Below are positions 1-8,198 of a DNA stretch of 34,353 nt, one piece after another. The first letter of the stretch is position 1. Every line of letters starts with the position of its first letter. The stretch is taken from the NCBI GenBank assembly GCA_964547355.1, contig CAZJNP010000001.1, forward strand, positions 1-34,353. The letters run 5' to 3'. The position numbers and the translations under genes were made by a program. The notes under the pieces were generated by a model. The model made no database searches, was not told where the DNA came from, and was given only the letters and a program-made list of their open reading frames with translations. Origin of the DNA: an uncultured Calditrichaceae bacterium (GTDB taxonomy: Bacteria > Calditrichota > Calditrichia > Calditrichales > Calditrichaceae).

Positions 1-1141
1 GCCTTATGCCGATCAGGCCGTGGCCCAGGGGAAACACGTGTACTATCTGAACATCGGTCAACCGGACATTCACACGCCCGATTCATTTTTAAATCCCATT
101 AAAAATCTGAATATGCCGGTGGTGGCTTACGGGCCGTCGGCGGGTTTGACCTCGCTGCGTAAAAAAATGTCCGAATATTACGCCCGGTTCGACATCGATC
201 TTGATTACGAAGAAATCCTGATCACCACCGGCGGCAGCGAAGCCATCATCTTTGCCCTGATGGCCATTTGTGATCCGGGTGACGAAATCATCATCCCCGA
301 ACCCTTTTACACCAATTACAACGGTTTCGCAGTGGAAGCCGGGGTCAAAGTAGTGCCCATTACTTCCAGCATTGAAAACGATTTCCAGTTGCCGCCCATT
401 GAATCCATTCGGGATAAAATCACAGAACGCACACGGGCCATCATGATCTGCAATCCAAACAACCCCACCGGCTATGTGTACTCGAAAGATGAGCTGGAAG
501 CCCTGCGGCAGATCGTGCTGGAGCATGACCTGTTTCTGCTTTCGGACGAGGTGTATCGGGAATTTGTTTACGACGGCACCACCCACACTTCCGTCATGCA
601 CCTGAAAGGGATCGAAGACCGAACCATCATGCTGGACAGCGTTTCCAAACGCTATTCGGCTTGCGGCGCGCGCATCGGTATGCTGGCTTCCAAAAATAAA
701 GAGGTCATAAATACCGCGTTGAAATTTGGCATGGCCAGACTATGTCCACCCACCATCGAGCAGGTAGCCACCGAGGCAGGCATTGACACGCCCCAATCCT
801 ATTTCGACGAAGTAATCCGCGAATATACCGAACGACGCAATGTGATGGTACAAATGCTGCGGGAAATGCCCGGCGTTGTGGCACCCAACCCCAAAGGGGC
901 TTTTTATCTGGTGGTCAAACTGCCTGTGGACGACGCCGACCGTTTCGCCCAGTGGCTGCTGACCGATTTTGACGTTAACAACGAAACCGTCATGGTGGCG
1001 CCGGCCAACGGCTTTTATTCCACACCCGGCCTGGGACAGAACGAAGTGCGCATCGCTTATGTACTTAATGTGGAAGATATTAAAAAGGCCATGCGCATCA
1101 TCCGGGAAGGATTGCAGGCCTACCCCGGCAGGACAATGTAA
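1..1141 (+). CDS. Class I/II pyridoxal-phosphate-dependent aminotransferase (aspartate/aromatic aminotransferase-like). The 5' end lies outside the window.
   Basis: The ORF 20..1141 stays open back to position 2 with no stop codon (…PYADQAVAQGKHVYYLNIGQPD…). The N-terminal region 'LNIGQPDxxTP' and the 'SxSKxY…GxRxG' region are typical of class I aminotransferases. The ~373+ aa length fits this family. Confidence 0.8.
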   Translation, partial: PYADQAVAQGKHVYYLNIGQPDIHTPDSFLNPIKNLNMPVVAYGPSAGLTSLRKKMSEYYARFDIDLDYEEILITTGGSEAIIFALMAICDPGDEIIIPEPFYTNYNGFAVEAGVKVVPITSSIENDFQLPPIESIRDKITERTRAIMICNPNNPTGYVYSKDELEALRQIVLEHDLFLLSDEVYREFVYDGTTHTSVMHLKGIEDRTIMLDSVSKRYSACGARIGMLASKNKEVINTALKFGMARLCPPTIEQVATEAGIDTPQSYFDEVIREYTERRNVMVQMLREMPGVVAPNPKGAFYLVVKLPVDDADRFAQWLLTDFDVNNETVMVAPANGFYSTPGLGQNEVRIAYVLNVEDIKKAMRIIREGLQAYPGRTM

Positions 1142-1150
1142 ATCCGCCGT

Positions 1151-1660
1151 ATGAGCAGAAATATTGAAATCAAGGCGCGATATGACGATCCGGAAACTGC
1201 GCTCGAGAAAATAAAGAAGTTAAGCTGTACGTTCGTCGGACTGGACAAACAGAAAGACACTTTTTTTCATGTGGCCGATGGACGCATGAAGTTGCGCGAA
1301 TCTTCCCTTTCCGGTGCGAATCTGATTCCGTACCTGCGCAAAAATCAGCCGGGTCCGCGCCCGTCGGAGTACATGCTCGTTCCGGTGCCGGACGCCAGTA
1401 AATTTAAGCGACTGATGGAACGGATTTTAGGCGTCGCCGCCGTGGTCGAAAAAGAACGGCATATTTACCTGTACCAGAATGTGCGCATTCATCTGGATCG
1501 GGTGAAACACTTGGGCACGTTCATTGAATTTGAAGCCGTGCTCGACGAAAACCATTCCGATGCGGACGGCAAAAAGAAGATTGAATTTCTGATGTCCCAT
1601 TTTGGCATTACGCCTAAAGACCTGGTAGCGGAAGCGTATGTGGATTTACTGACCCGTTAA
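1151..1660 (+). CDS. CYTH-domain protein (class IV adenylate cyclase CyaB-like / triphosphate tunnel metalloenzyme)
   Basis: At 169 aa it matches CyaB in size. 'IEIKARY' corresponds to the CyaB 'VELKFRV' start, 'ERHIYLYQNVRIHLDRVKHLGTFIEFEAV' corresponds to CyaB '[29 protein letters not shown]', and 'MKLRE' corresponds to 'MVLREM'. Confidence 0.65.
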   Translation: MSRNIEIKARYDDPETALEKIKKLSCTFVGLDKQKDTFFHVADGRMKLRESSLSGANLIPYLRKNQPGPRPSEYMLVPVPDASKFKRLMERILGVAAVVEKERHIYLYQNVRIHLDRVKHLGTFIEFEAVLDENHSDADGKKKIEFLMSHFGITPKDLVAEAYVDLLTR

Positions 1661-1707
1661 ATATCCGGTGCATTCAGCGCCGGTCACATAAATAAGGATG
1701 CATCCAA

Positions 1708-2169
1708 ATGCTGGATAAAATTTCCCAACTCTGGAATGAGAAATTAAATCTCACCAAGGAAGAACGGCAAGACGAAGACCGGCAATTAATCATTGCCACG
1801 GTAGTGCTTTTTCTGGAGATGATTCACGCCGATTTTGAAGTCCTGCCCGAAGAAAACCGGCAATTGCAACGCATCCTGTCCCAACAGTTTCAGTTCAGCA
1901 ACAACCAGATACAGACGCTGTTAAAGCAGGCAGAAAGCCAAAGGACCAACAGGCAGGATATCTGGCTTTTTACAAACTCAATAAAAAAACATTTAAGCCG
2001 AGAACAAAAATTGCAGCTGATGGAAAACCTGTGGCGGCTGATATTTGCCGACGATACAGTGGATAAATACGAGGACTCCCTGATTCGAAAAATCACCACG
2101 CTGATCGGTCTGGAACATGCGGACATGATTCAGACCAAGCTTAAAGTAAAAGAAGAATTGAATAAATAA
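1708..2169 (+). CDS. TerB-like (tellurite-resistance TerB / DjlA N-terminal-like) domain protein
   Basis: The 153-aa all-helical protein has a pattern (…LIIATVVLFLEMIHADFEV…EENRQLQRIL…KLQLMENLWRLIFADD…) resembling TerB-family proteins. It has a good RBS (AAGGATG). The call is tentative. Confidence 0.45.
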   Translation: MLDKISQLWNEKLNLTKEERQDEDRQLIIATVVLFLEMIHADFEVLPEENRQLQRILSQQFQFSNNQIQTLLKQAESQRTNRQDIWLFTNSIKKHLSREQKLQLMENLWRLIFADDTVDKYEDSLIRKITTLIGLEHADMIQTKLKVKEELNK

Positions 2170-2216
2170 TCTCCCGGCGGAGATCAAACGATTTACCATT
2201 TAAGGAGGTTTCCTTC

Positions 2217-2813
2217 ATGAAAACTACTTTTTCAGAAATCGTAATCGAAGGCCGTTTTATGCTGGTTAAAGGGTTTCTGTTAGGTTTTCTTTCGGTAAAG
2301 AATCCTGAGGGGAAATATTTTTTCCACCGCAAAGCGGGTATTCGACGCGAAACATTTAAGGATTTATTGAAAGAATTTTTTGAACTGGATAACTATGTCC
2401 ATTTGTGCCTGGAAGACAACCTGGTAAAACCGTTTGTGGAAGCCTCTAAACTGTACACCAAAATCACCGGCAACGAAGTAAAATCCATCCGGCCGATTAC
2501 TTCAGCACGTTTTAGTTTTGCTTTCGAAGTTTTCAATCGGGAAGCGGCCGCAGAAATAAAGAATGTAATCGAACATCTGCCGGAGGGCGTAAAACTGACC
2601 GATTTTTTCCCTTACGAGGAAAAAGACGCCGAGGGCAAAGGCACCGAAGCTTACGCGCCCCTGCATGAATATGTTTACCGGGCCAAAGGCGTTCTGGAAG
2701 GTGATTTTTCCGGCGTAATGGATGTTTACCTAAATCTGAAACGAAGCAAATATTCGGAATCCATTATTTGCAGCGACGTGAAGCTGGAACTGGGAGAGGA
2801 ACAAGCGGTTTGA
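2217..2813 (+). CDS. Hypothetical protein
   Basis: The 198-aa ORF has a strong RBS (TAAGGAGG, 7 nt upstream of the ATG). I recognised no family. Confidence 0.45.
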   Translation: MKTTFSEIVIEGRFMLVKGFLLGFLSVKNPEGKYFFHRKAGIRRETFKDLLKEFFELDNYVHLCLEDNLVKPFVEASKLYTKITGNEVKSIRPITSARFSFAFEVFNREAAAEIKNVIEHLPEGVKLTDFFPYEEKDAEGKGTEAYAPLHEYVYRAKGVLEGDFSGVMDVYLNLKRSKYSESIICSDVKLELGEEQAV

Positions 2814-2880
2814 AGCCGTAGGATTTTTTAAGGAATAAAAAGGGCAAGGGGGAATGTCACGTCCTGATTATATTGACAAA

Positions 2881-2940
2881 TTTTCGGTTGTCGGTTATCA
2901 GTTTCAGTATTCGGTTATCAGTTTTCAGTTTTCGGTTTGG
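2881..2940. repeat. Short tandem direct repeats (unit ~20 bp 'TCGGTTATCAGTTT(T)CAGT(A/T)', two full copies plus partial copies). They lie just downstream of a TTGACA hexamer (2873-2878).
   Basis: Read directly from the sequence: tcggttatcagtttcagtat / tcggttatcagttttcagtt / ttcggtttgg, preceded by ttttcggttgtcggttatcag. Confidence 0.6.
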
Positions 2941-2986
2941 AGCTTATTTGGGATTTGTGATCTGGCGCTTGGAATTTTTCCATTCC

Positions 2987-3015
2987 GCCCCTGACAGGGT
3001 TGCTATTTTTTTGTG
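2987..3015 (+). terminator. Putative intrinsic terminator (GCCCCTGACAGGG hairpin followed by TTGCTATTTTTTTGTG)
   Basis: A short GC stem (CCCTG/CAGGG) is followed by a run of 7 T. It sits in a convergent intergenic region between the hypothetical gene and the BMC-T gene. Confidence 0.3.
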
Positions 3016-3111
3016 GGAAATAGGCTATAAGCATGACGCTCCTGCGGAATAGTAATGCAATGGCGCCAAAATCAACCGTTCACCCACAAACAACCCAACA
3101 CTAAAACCATC

Positions 3112-3663
3112 CTAAATCCACTCTTCAAGGATTTCCTTGCGCGGGGAGGGAATTACGATTTTTTCCACCAGCAACCCTTTTTTCTCAATGATCGCCGCGC
3201 CGGCGTCCACCGCGGCTTGTACGGCGCCCACTTCTCCGGTGAGCGTAACGTAACCTTTGCCGCCGATGGCCATGGCCAGGTGCACGTTAATCAGCTTGAT
3301 TTCGGCCGCCTTCACGGCTGCGTCGGCCGCTTCGATGACCGAGGCTACGGAAAATCCTTCAATAATGCCCAGGGCTTCGATCTTCGGCATGCGCGCCACG
3401 CCGTTGATCGCCGGGAAGACTTCGGGATGAACGTTCGGAATCACAAAATGATCCACCACCGTATGAGCGCCCACGGCCACGCCGGTTTCGATACTGGCGT
3501 TCACCGCGTCCACATCGCCGCCAATAAGTACCATATATTTGCCCGGACAAATCGTCCGGTTGACCACGATCTGCACGTCCGCTCGCTTTAATACGGCGTC
3601 GGCAACTTCGTACCCTTTGGCAATACTCGATGTTTCCACAATACCAATGGCTGCGCCTTTCAT
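3112..3663 (-). CDS. pduT: BMC-T shell protein (tandem BMC domains), PduT-like with the conserved pore cysteine (…VNRTICPGKYMVLIGGD…)
   Basis: At 183 aa it contains two BMC (Pfam00936-like) domains. It is collinear with Citrobacter/Salmonella PduT, including the 'TICPGK' motif whose Cys ligates the [4Fe-4S] cluster in PduT. The RBS 'AGAGGATGA' lies upstream of the start. Confidence 0.85.
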   Translation of the reverse strand: MKGAAIGIVETSSIAKGYEVADAVLKRADVQIVVNRTICPGKYMVLIGGDVDAVNASIETGVAVGAHTVVDHFVIPNVHPEVFPAINGVARMPKIEALGIIEGFSVASVIEAADAAVKAAEIKLINVHLAMAIGGKGYVTLTGEVGAVQAAVDAGAAIIEKKGLLVEKIVIPSPRKEILEEWI

Positions 3664-3675
3664 TCGTTCATCCTC

Positions 3676-5016
3676 TTATTTGGAAATGATATGGATTCCT
3701 CTGGCTTCAATTTGCGTTACCTCTCCGCTGATGCTGGCATGCGCCGGCGCACCCAGCGCCTCTTCCGGTACGGCGCCCACTAATGCACCGGCTTCTACCC
3801 GCTGCCCCACCTGAACTACCGGACTGGCCGGTTGCCCGATATGGGAATCCAGCGGAATAATGACCTCGCCGGGATTCAGACCGGCCGGTATGAATTCAGC
3901 GTGGCGGTCGTAAGGTTTCAGGCCCAGGCGGCGGTAAACCGTATCGATCGGAATTTCCCGTCCCTTGCGCGCCGGATGCACGTCGCGAAACAGGACCTCC
4001 AGTTCTTCCGGCATGCGCGAAAGTCCCTTTTCCCGGAGCAGTTGTTTGGCGTCCACGCAGATATTTTTGGGGTCCAGCCCTTCCGGACAGGCAATCATGG
4101 TGCACACATTGCATTCGCAGCAGTATTCCGCCCACAGGCTGACCCGCTCTTTGGCTTCGCCGGTCATGAGCAGATTGCGCATCACCTTGTGTGGCTCGAT
4201 GGGATAGCCCAGGATATAGCGCGGACACATTTCCGTACACAACGAGCACTGGTCGCACTGGCCGTGCCCAATGCGCTGGTACGTTTCTTTGGGCGTGGTT
4301 TTTCGGCGCACCAGATAGTGGTCGGCCGGGAGCGCAATGAGTCCGCCCACATTTTTTGCCAGCGGCAGATTCAGATCGAATTCCACGCCGCCCATCATCA
4401 CGCCGCCGGTTAGAATGGCGGCCTGTTCCACCGTGAATCCGCCTGCCAATGCGATGCAATCCCCGAAAGTGGTTCCCACCGGCACTTTGGTGGTCAGGGC
4501 ATTTTTTACCGCGCCGGTAATGGTGACGTATTTTTCCAGCACCGGCCGCTGCTCGTCCACGGCGTGGGCAATATTGATGATGGTTTCCACGTTGTCCACC
4601 ACCGCCCCTACCTGTAAGGGGATGCCTCCGGGCGGAATGCGTCGGCCGGTGATCTCGTAAACCAGGATGTATTCGTCGCCGGCAGGATACACGTCTTCAT
4701 AAATGAGGAAATCGAATCCCAGCCGCTCCGCCTGCGGCTTAAGCACCTCCACAATATCCCGGTTTTTTTCTTTTAAGGCGATGGTAACCTTTGTTGCTCC
4801 GGTGAGCTCCTGCATGATGGTCAGACCGCGTAAAAAGGCTTCCGCTTCTTCAAGCATCACAGAACGGTCCTTGTACAGCAACGGCTCGCACTCGGCGCCG
4901 TTGGCGATCACGTGTTCCACCTGAGCGTCCAGCTTTTTGTAAGTGGGGAAACCGGCTCCTCCGGCTCCGATCACGCCGGCTTCTCTGATGCGGTGCAGTA
5001 TTTCCTGTTTATTCAT
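3676..5016 (-). CDS. pduS: PduS-like / RnfC-family Fe-S flavoprotein (NADH-binding, two 4Fe-4S motifs)
   Basis: The N-terminus 'MNKQEILHRIREAGVIGAGGAGFPT' matches the PduS/RnfC NADH-binding start. Two Cys clusters are present: 'CDQCSLCTEMCP' and 'CCECNVCTMIACP'. The track ORF starts at TTG 5022, but I prefer the ATG at 5016, which lies 2 nt after the EutJ stop. The gene ends 12 nt before the BMC-T start. Confidence 0.8.
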   Translation of the reverse strand: MNKQEILHRIREAGVIGAGGAGFPTYKKLDAQVEHVIANGAECEPLLYKDRSVMLEEAEAFLRGLTIMQELTGATKVTIALKEKNRDIVEVLKPQAERLGFDFLIYEDVYPAGDEYILVYEITGRRIPPGGIPLQVGAVVDNVETIINIAHAVDEQRPVLEKYVTITGAVKNALTTKVPVGTTFGDCIALAGGFTVEQAAILTGGVMMGGVEFDLNLPLAKNVGGLIALPADHYLVRRKTTPKETYQRIGHGQCDQCSLCTEMCPRYILGYPIEPHKVMRNLLMTGEAKERVSLWAEYCCECNVCTMIACPEGLDPKNICVDAKQLLREKGLSRMPEELEVLFRDVHPARKGREIPIDTVYRRLGLKPYDRHAEFIPAGLNPGEVIIPLDSHIGQPASPVVQVGQRVEAGALVGAVPEEALGAPAHASISGEVTQIEARGIHIISK

Positions 5017-5018
5017 AG

Positions 5019-5840
5019 TCAACTTTCCGAAAATCCGTAAGCCGCAATGGCCAGCGGCGTTAAGTATAACGGGTTCGAAGGCAGAATAATTTCGTACCCC
5101 GGTAATTCCTGTTCAAACACCCGGTCGATGCCGGGAAAACAAAAAGTCCCTCCGGAAAGATAAACAGAGTGCACGTTTTGTCCCTGCAGGTGCTGCCGGA
5201 TAATTTCCGCCATCTTCTGAAAAACCGGCATGACCACAGGGGCGAATTGTTCTGCCTGTGGGCTGCGTTTTAATTCTTCCGCTTCTTCGAGAGAAATTTT
5301 TTGATTTCCCGCCAAGGTCAGGCTCACGTGCCTGCCGCCGGTCGGTTCATCCGCCGAATAAATGATGTTGCCGTTTCTGCTGATTGCAATCCCGGTGGTA
5401 CCGCCGCCGATATCCACCACCGCCCCGTCGTCGATCTTTAACAAATGCACAACGCTGGACGGTTCGTCAATAATCGCTTTTATAGAAAGTCCGGCCGCCC
5501 GCAGGACATTCTGAACGATTTCCCGGTCCGTACCGGGCGGGTAAGAGGTCACTGCTTCTTCGATTTTAATATTGAATTTCTCTTCGGCCAGGGAAACCAG
5601 TTTTTTAACAATCTGAACCGCGCCCCAGTAATTGAGCACCACGCCATCCCGTACCACTTCGGCCCATTCCATAAACGCCGCAGCGGGTTCTCCACGTTCA
5701 TCCACCAGCAGAATCACCACATCGGCGGTGCCAAGGTCTATACCTACCTGCCAGCGCGCCGGCGCTTCCGTCGGGGAGACGTCGTTGACAATGGATGCAA
5801 TCTTTTGCAGCCGCCGGTTAATCGTTTGCAATGCATTCAT
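5019..5840 (-). CDS. eutJ: EutJ-like actin/Hsp70-fold ATPase (BMC-associated chaperone-like protein)
   Basis: It has the 'VGIDLGTADVVILLVDE' phosphate-1 motif and a 'DIGGGTTGIAI' motif typical of EutJ. I trimmed the track ORF (5019..5990) to the ATG at 5840 (MNALQTINRRL…). That start sits 8 nt downstream of the aldehyde dehydrogenase stop and has an AGGATGA RBS. The longer N-terminus in the track overlaps the aldehyde dehydrogenase gene. Confidence 0.8.
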   Translation of the reverse strand: MNALQTINRRLQKIASIVNDVSPTEAPARWQVGIDLGTADVVILLVDERGEPAAAFMEWAEVVRDGVVLNYWGAVQIVKKLVSLAEEKFNIKIEEAVTSYPPGTDREIVQNVLRAAGLSIKAIIDEPSSVVHLLKIDDGAVVDIGGGTTGIAISRNGNIIYSADEPTGGRHVSLTLAGNQKISLEEAEELKRSPQAEQFAPVVMPVFQKMAEIIRQHLQGQNVHSVYLSGGTFCFPGIDRVFEQELPGYEIILPSNPLYLTPLAIAAYGFSES

Positions 5841-5848
5841 CCTGAGCG

Positions 5849-7267
5849 TTAAACAATCCTGAAATGATCCACGATGACGCATCTGCGCAAGCGGACGAAA
5901 CTTTTGGCCGAAGTGACACCTTCGCCCGTGGGCGTGGTAATGGTCATGGAGGTCCAGCCCTCGCCGCCGAAGCCCAGTCCAGCCAGGCACGGACCGTTCT
6001 TGACAAAAATGCTGGTATTAATCTCGTTGGCCATGCGGTGCATATGATCGATGTTCCTTGAGTGCATGGCCGCGGAATGGTGTAGTCCGCGCTCCAGCTC
6101 GATGGCCGTGTCGATCGCGGCGTCGGCGTCGGGCATGCGAATCAACGGCACGACCGGCATCATCAGCTCAATGCGGGCAAAGGGGTGATTTTTATCTGTT
6201 TCCACGAACAACAGGCGCGTTTCCGGTGGCACATTTACCCCGATGGCAGCGGCCAATTTGGCGGCGTCCCTGCCGACCCATTTCCGGTTGATGACCGCAT
6301 CCGGTCCTGGATAGCCTTCCAGAATCACGCGAGCCAGCTCGTCGGCCTGAGCGGATGTTAATTCCACCGCTTTGTTTTTCTGCATCTCCTGCTTTAGCTG
6401 GTCTGCGATCTGATCGACGGCAATAATTTCTTTCTCGTCGGCGCACACGATGTTATTGTCGAAAGAGGCGCCCCAGACGATCGATTTGGCGGCTTTGGCG
6501 ATATCCGCGGTTTCGTCCACTACTACCGGAGGATTGCCGGCTCCGGCGGCCATCAGCCGTTTGTTGGTGTGTTTTCTGGCCGCCTCCACCACCGATTCTC
6601 CACCGGTAACCACCAGAAGATCGATACCCGGATATTTGAACAACTGTTGCGCGTTTTCTATGGAAGGTTCGGCCACGGTCGTTAAAAGATATTGGGGTCC
6701 GCCCACGGAAACGATGGCCTGATTGACCACTTCGATGGCGCGATGCGTGACTTTTTTTGCGGCCGGATGCGGCCCGAAGACCACGGCGTTGCCTGCCGCA
6801 ATCATGCTAATGGCGTTGTTGATGACCGTAGCCGCCGGATTGGTGGACGGCGTAATGGAAGCAATCACGCCCCAGGCCGCGTTCTCGATAATGGTTAACC
6901 CATGGTCGCCGGAGAGGGCGTCCGGTTTCAGATCTTCCAGTCCGGGTGTATGTTCGGCCTGAGAGATATTTTTTTGGATCTTGTCCTCCACGCGGCCCAT
7001 ACCGGTCTCCTGAACCGCCAGTTCCGCCAGTTCGCGGGCGTATTGAACCCCGGCCTGACGCATCGCCTGAATAATCTTTCCGCGAAATTCCAGATTGCGG
7101 ATTTTCTTCTGGGCTTCTTTAGCCACCTGCACCGCTTCGTCCAGCGTTTCGTAAACTCCGGCCGGGTACTTCTTTGCAGTCGAACGAACGGTGGTCGGTT
7201 GTGCCTGGTTCAGGCGGGCCATTACCGAATCGACGATTTGGGAAATCTCCCTGTCCGATAAAGCCAT
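5849..7267 (-). CDS. eutE: CoA-acylating aldehyde dehydrogenase (EutE/PduP-like) with an N-terminal amphipathic encapsulation peptide
   Basis: This is an aldehyde dehydrogenase superfamily fold with a catalytic Cys region ('…FDNNIVCADEKE…'). I chose the start at the ATG at 7267 (MALSDREISQIVDSVMARL…) because it has an AAGGAAA RBS. The track's upstream extension (MLHFIAAFF…) lacks one. The first ~18 residues form an amphipathic helix followed by a Pro/Thr-rich linker, as in PduP/EutE encapsulation peptides. Confidence 0.85.
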   Translation of the reverse strand: MALSDREISQIVDSVMARLNQAQPTTVRSTAKKYPAGVYETLDEAVQVAKEAQKKIRNLEFRGKIIQAMRQAGVQYARELAELAVQETGMGRVEDKIQKNISQAEHTPGLEDLKPDALSGDHGLTIIENAAWGVIASITPSTNPAATVINNAISMIAAGNAVVFGPHPAAKKVTHRAIEVVNQAIVSVGGPQYLLTTVAEPSIENAQQLFKYPGIDLLVVTGGESVVEAARKHTNKRLMAAGAGNPPVVVDETADIAKAAKSIVWGASFDNNIVCADEKEIIAVDQIADQLKQEMQKNKAVELTSAQADELARVILEGYPGPDAVINRKWVGRDAAKLAAAIGVNVPPETRLLFVETDKNHPFARIELMMPVVPLIRMPDADAAIDTAIELERGLHHSAAMHSRNIDHMHRMANEINTSIFVKNGPCLAGLGFGGEGWTSMTITTPTGEGVTSAKSFVRLRRCVIVDHFRIV

Positions 7268-7409
7268 GGTGTTTCCTTTATTTCGATTTGAATATTTTAA
7301 CAAAAAGAAAGCTGCAATAAAATGCAGCAAAAGTAAATGTTACGTTGCCGGTTACAGACATATTTTTATAGCATCCGGCAGCGAAGACGAACGGTGGAAC
7401 AGAAGAACG

Positions 7410-7700
7410 CTATTCCAGCGTTCCTTTTAATTTAATCGGAAACACTTCTTCCAGATCGCCGTGCGGACGCGGGATCACGTGCACGGAAACCAGCTCGCCT
7501 ACCCGTTCGGCAGCCGCAGCACCGGCGTCGGTGGCCGCTTTACAGGCCGCCACATCGCCACGTACCAGCGCGGTGACGTATCCGCCGCCAATCTGTTCGT
7601 AAGCCACCAGTTTTACACGCGCGGCTTTGACCATGGCGTCCGCGGCTTCTATCAGGCCTACGAGGCCCTTGGTTTCGATCATTCCCAAAGCTTCCATCAT
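7410..7700 (-). CDS. BMC-H hexameric shell protein (PduA/EutM-like), copy 1
   Basis: The sequence '[29 protein letters not shown]…[19 protein letters not shown]' is the canonical BMC-H (Pfam00936) fold. A GAGGAG RBS precedes the ATGATG start. Confidence 0.9.
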   Translation of the reverse strand: MMEALGMIETKGLVGLIEAADAMVKAARVKLVAYEQIGGGYVTALVRGDVAACKAATDAGAAAAERVGELVSVHVIPRPHGDLEEVFPIKLKGTLE

Positions 7701-7821
7701 GGAATACTCCTCTGTTGCGACCGGATTTTTTGTCCGGTCTCTCTATGGCTGTTACATTGAATTATCTGCTGCGAACAGCCGGTTTAACCTAAAGGAAATG
7801 CGGCAGATTCCCGGCTTGCGG

Positions 7822-8109
7822 CTATTCAATCTTTCCTTTTAATTTTATGGGAAACACGTCTTCCAGATCACCATGCGGACGCGGAATCACATGCACGGAC
7901 ACCAGCTCGCCGACCCGTTCGGCAGCCGCAGCGCCGGCGTCGGTTGCCGCTTTACAGGCAGCTACATCGCCGCGTACCAGCGCGGTGACGTATCCGCCGC
8001 CGATTTGTTCATAAGCCACCAGCTTTACTTTGGCCGCTTTGACCATGGCGTCCGCCGCTTCAATCAATCCTACCAGCCCCTTGGTTTCAATCATACCTAA
8101 TGCTTCCAT
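7822..8109 (-). CDS. BMC-H hexameric shell protein (PduA/EutM-like), copy 2
   Basis: It differs from copy 1 at about 4 of 95 aa. An AAAGGAG RBS precedes the start. Confidence 0.9.
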   Translation of the reverse strand: MEALGMIETKGLVGLIEAADAMVKAAKVKLVAYEQIGGGYVTALVRGDVAACKAATDAGAAAAERVGELVSVHVIPRPHGDLEDVFPIKLKGKIE

Positions 8110-8198
8110 AAAGCGCTCCTTTATTAGGTTTGTGAATTTTCAATTACCTTTGTTTTTCAATCCCTGAAGGCCGGATCGTCCGGCATAACAGTTTTAAG

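Larger units (their letters stand above)
7396..8125 (-). repeat. Tandem duplication of the BMC-H gene (period ~412 bp; ~90% nucleotide and ~96% amino-acid identity between copies)
   Basis: I aligned 7396-7718 against 7808-8125 by eye. Most differences fall on third codon positions. Confidence 0.8.

Noticed and set aside
2881-2940. CRISPR array
   Set aside because: There are only two or three ~20-bp direct repeats with essentially no spacers, and no cas genes are nearby.
3055-3591. Plus-strand ORF (178 aa), and the similar antisense ORFs 3832..4413, 3896..4459, 5445..5852, 6058..6291, 8298..8747, 10467..10853 and others
   Set aside because: These lie entirely antisense within well-supported genes (BMC-T, PduS, the aldehyde dehydrogenase, Pta, EutK-like). 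Their composition is low-complexity and Arg/Gly-rich, which is typical of GC-rich antisense frames. They have no RBS.
5849-7330. Longer N-termini for the aldehyde dehydrogenase (to 7330) and EutJ (to 5990) as given in the ORF track
   Set aside because: The upstream Met or GTG codons lack an RBS. For EutJ the longer N-terminus overlaps the aldehyde dehydrogenase gene. Internal ATGs at 7267 and 5840 have good RBSs and give canonical N-termini (an encapsulation peptide for the aldehyde dehydrogenase).
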